From contig MU004241.1 in the NCBI GenBank assembly GCA_010405405.1, positions 124,001 through 188,000 on the forward strand: 64,000 nt of DNA. The letters run 5' to 3'. Shown here in pieces: positions 62,140 through 64,000 of the stretch; position 1 is the stretch's first letter; each line of letters starts with the position of its first letter. The notes under the pieces are model-generated. The model worked only from the letters and a program-made list of their open reading frames with translations, ran no database searches and was not told where the DNA came from. The translations under genes were made by a program, and so were the position numbers. This DNA is from Microthyrium microscopicum (Eukaryota).

Positions 62140-62700
62140 CTCTAGCCGACATCCGGCCCAGACACCTTTCAGACTTGAATAGATTGATAGGCTGAAGCCA
62201 CATTGGAAGATGAACGGCATAGCGGCACAGCCATATTGTATGTATCGTTTCCATGTCTTGTTTCTGGGCCCAGTCCCGGAGTCTTATTTCCCCAGATCTA
62301 CCCCAGGAACTTCAACACCCCACAAGCACTAGTTCGCCTAGTGAATAGATCAAGGATGCATGGGATAAGGACTCAGCGCGCTATCACCCACGGCATAAAG
62401 TAGTCTGCATCGACCAGCTTGTATATCTTACCTTGGAGTGTTTTTGTCAGCTAATCTCACACAGCTTCACCCTTTGACAATGACAACTACCAAAAACGAA
62501 ACCGCCCACTATTACTTCCTATTCGTCTACCCAGCGACTTGTAATGTCGCTATGTCGTGTCATCTGGAGACAAAGACCTCATAGGCCTTGTCATCTCAGT
62601 GTAAAATCTTGAGCAGCACAGAATCCTAAGTCGATCTAGCTATAGCGGCCCCAACAATCACTATATCAGCCTCATGGTGGTTCGTGCGAAGCTTTCCCCA
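62140..62700 (-). pseudogene. Possible highly degraded squalene epoxidase (ERG1-like) relic
   Basis: 62691-62641 translates LRTNHHEADIVIVGAAI, flanked by stops with no ATG; only weak similarity further downstream. Confidence 0.35.
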
Positions 62701-64000
62701 ACTGTCTGATTTAATGGCGTGGTGGATTCTGGATGTTTCTTCCTAGGCTATGTTGATGCTTTTCTCTTTATGCTTGCACATGAGTCCACTGGCGATCAAA
62801 TTTAGCCAACCAAACACGAAGCTGTCCAGACAAAATTTCCTGCTGCTGGTTGTAACAGGAAATACTGAGATGTGATTTCATAGGATCAAGCAACACAATC
62901 ATGAATCTTCTATGAGAGCAGAAGAATTTTGTAGTTCGATTGGTGTCTTTTTGTTTCTTGAGGGAAGTGATGAATTTGAAGACGAAGAGGCCGACGAAGT
63001 ACAGGTGGATGAGCCTCCACGCATGCTATGAGATGTCTTTGGCTCGATTTGCATGCCATTGACTCGACTTCTCGACAGGCTTTGATTATCTGTGAGAGTT
63101 AGCGGTCATATATGCTGCTCACGGCATGGTAGTCGCTTACTAGAGTTGGATTCCTTTGTATTTCTTAGAAGTTTGGAGATTAGGGCAGCAATATCAAACT
63201 GTGATCTATGGTGTGGTGGCCCGATATGGTGTCCAGGTTTCATGGTAAGAATGATGTATAACCATTACTATGATAGCTGATTTTGAAACTTTGTACTGGG
63301 CTCTGTATATTAATCAAGAATACAGTTTGAGCAAAACCAGACAATTTGGAAAGATATTGACACGGAAACTAACTTGATGTGATGAATAGCCACAAGGTAC
63401 CCCGTAATTATATATACTTCATTCCATCCCACTGTACCTACGAAAGGCGATAACTCAGGCAAGGCAATGTCTTGAAAGCGCTGCTCGTCGTTCCCGTCGC
63501 TCGCTCACGTCGACACGTAAACATCATGATATTACCCCTTCAGAGTATAGAGGTGAACAGGGATAGGATGGTTTGAGCAAAATGGTGCAAAGCCGTGATC
63601 ATTACTGGACCAGACTATACTTACCTGTGGCATACCCACGGACTCGGCAGAGAAGAGCATAATTCCAGTCGTTCCTCGCAAATCTCAGCCCCAGAGGCAG
63701 AGAAATTTTCAAGAAGATCCAGATCAAGTAGTATCTGCGCACTTCAGGTTGGTAGAAGTGATAGGACAGAGCGGCATGCAGCGCCGACGACTCAAAATAA
63801 GACAGCTAGATCCGAACTCGTGCTTTGATATATGCATTTCCCTGTTCGTCGTTTGTGTCGCATGCACGTTGATGAACCCTGCATGTTAAGTTGTTACATT
63901 TGTTATGGGGAACTATAATCTGGTTTTTTCTGTTCTCTTAAGTATCCGAGGATGCTGTTCCATTATGCTGTTCCACCATGATAAACACAGAATCAGAATC

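Overview
Gene-dense genomic DNA of a filamentous ascomycete (short GT-AG introns with CTRAC branch sites, RIP-type mutation), split by a ~20.5 kb extremely AT-rich block (~25750-46250). Left arm: CHMP7/Cmp7, a GNAT, an intron-containing tRNA-Lys(UUU), a CCA-adding enzyme fused in frame to a Tti2-like domain, a 2-hydroxyacid dehydrogenase, two paralogous Cys-motif single-pass membrane proteins, a DHA1 MFS transporter, TRS85, a candidate CxE...PC-type deaminase and a Zn2Cys6 factor. Reversing C>T/G>A changes by eye shows that the AT block holds a DUF6589-type putative transposase (+) and a RecQ-like SF2 helicase (-) facing each other around ~12 kb of unidentified, minisatellite-rich DNA. This fits a large RIP-killed AcademH-like DNA transposon, but its termini were not found. 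Right arm: three SDRs, a DUF2293 protein, an apparently catalytically dead DEDD exonuclease, SSP120, TYW2, an F-box-like protein, an intronless KstD-like 3-ketosteroid dehydrogenase and a possible squalene epoxidase relic. Best leads: the transposase+helicase element, the CCA1-Tti2 fusion with a possible frame-shifting intron at the junction, and the deaminase-like gene. All family calls come from manual motif recognition; no searches were run.
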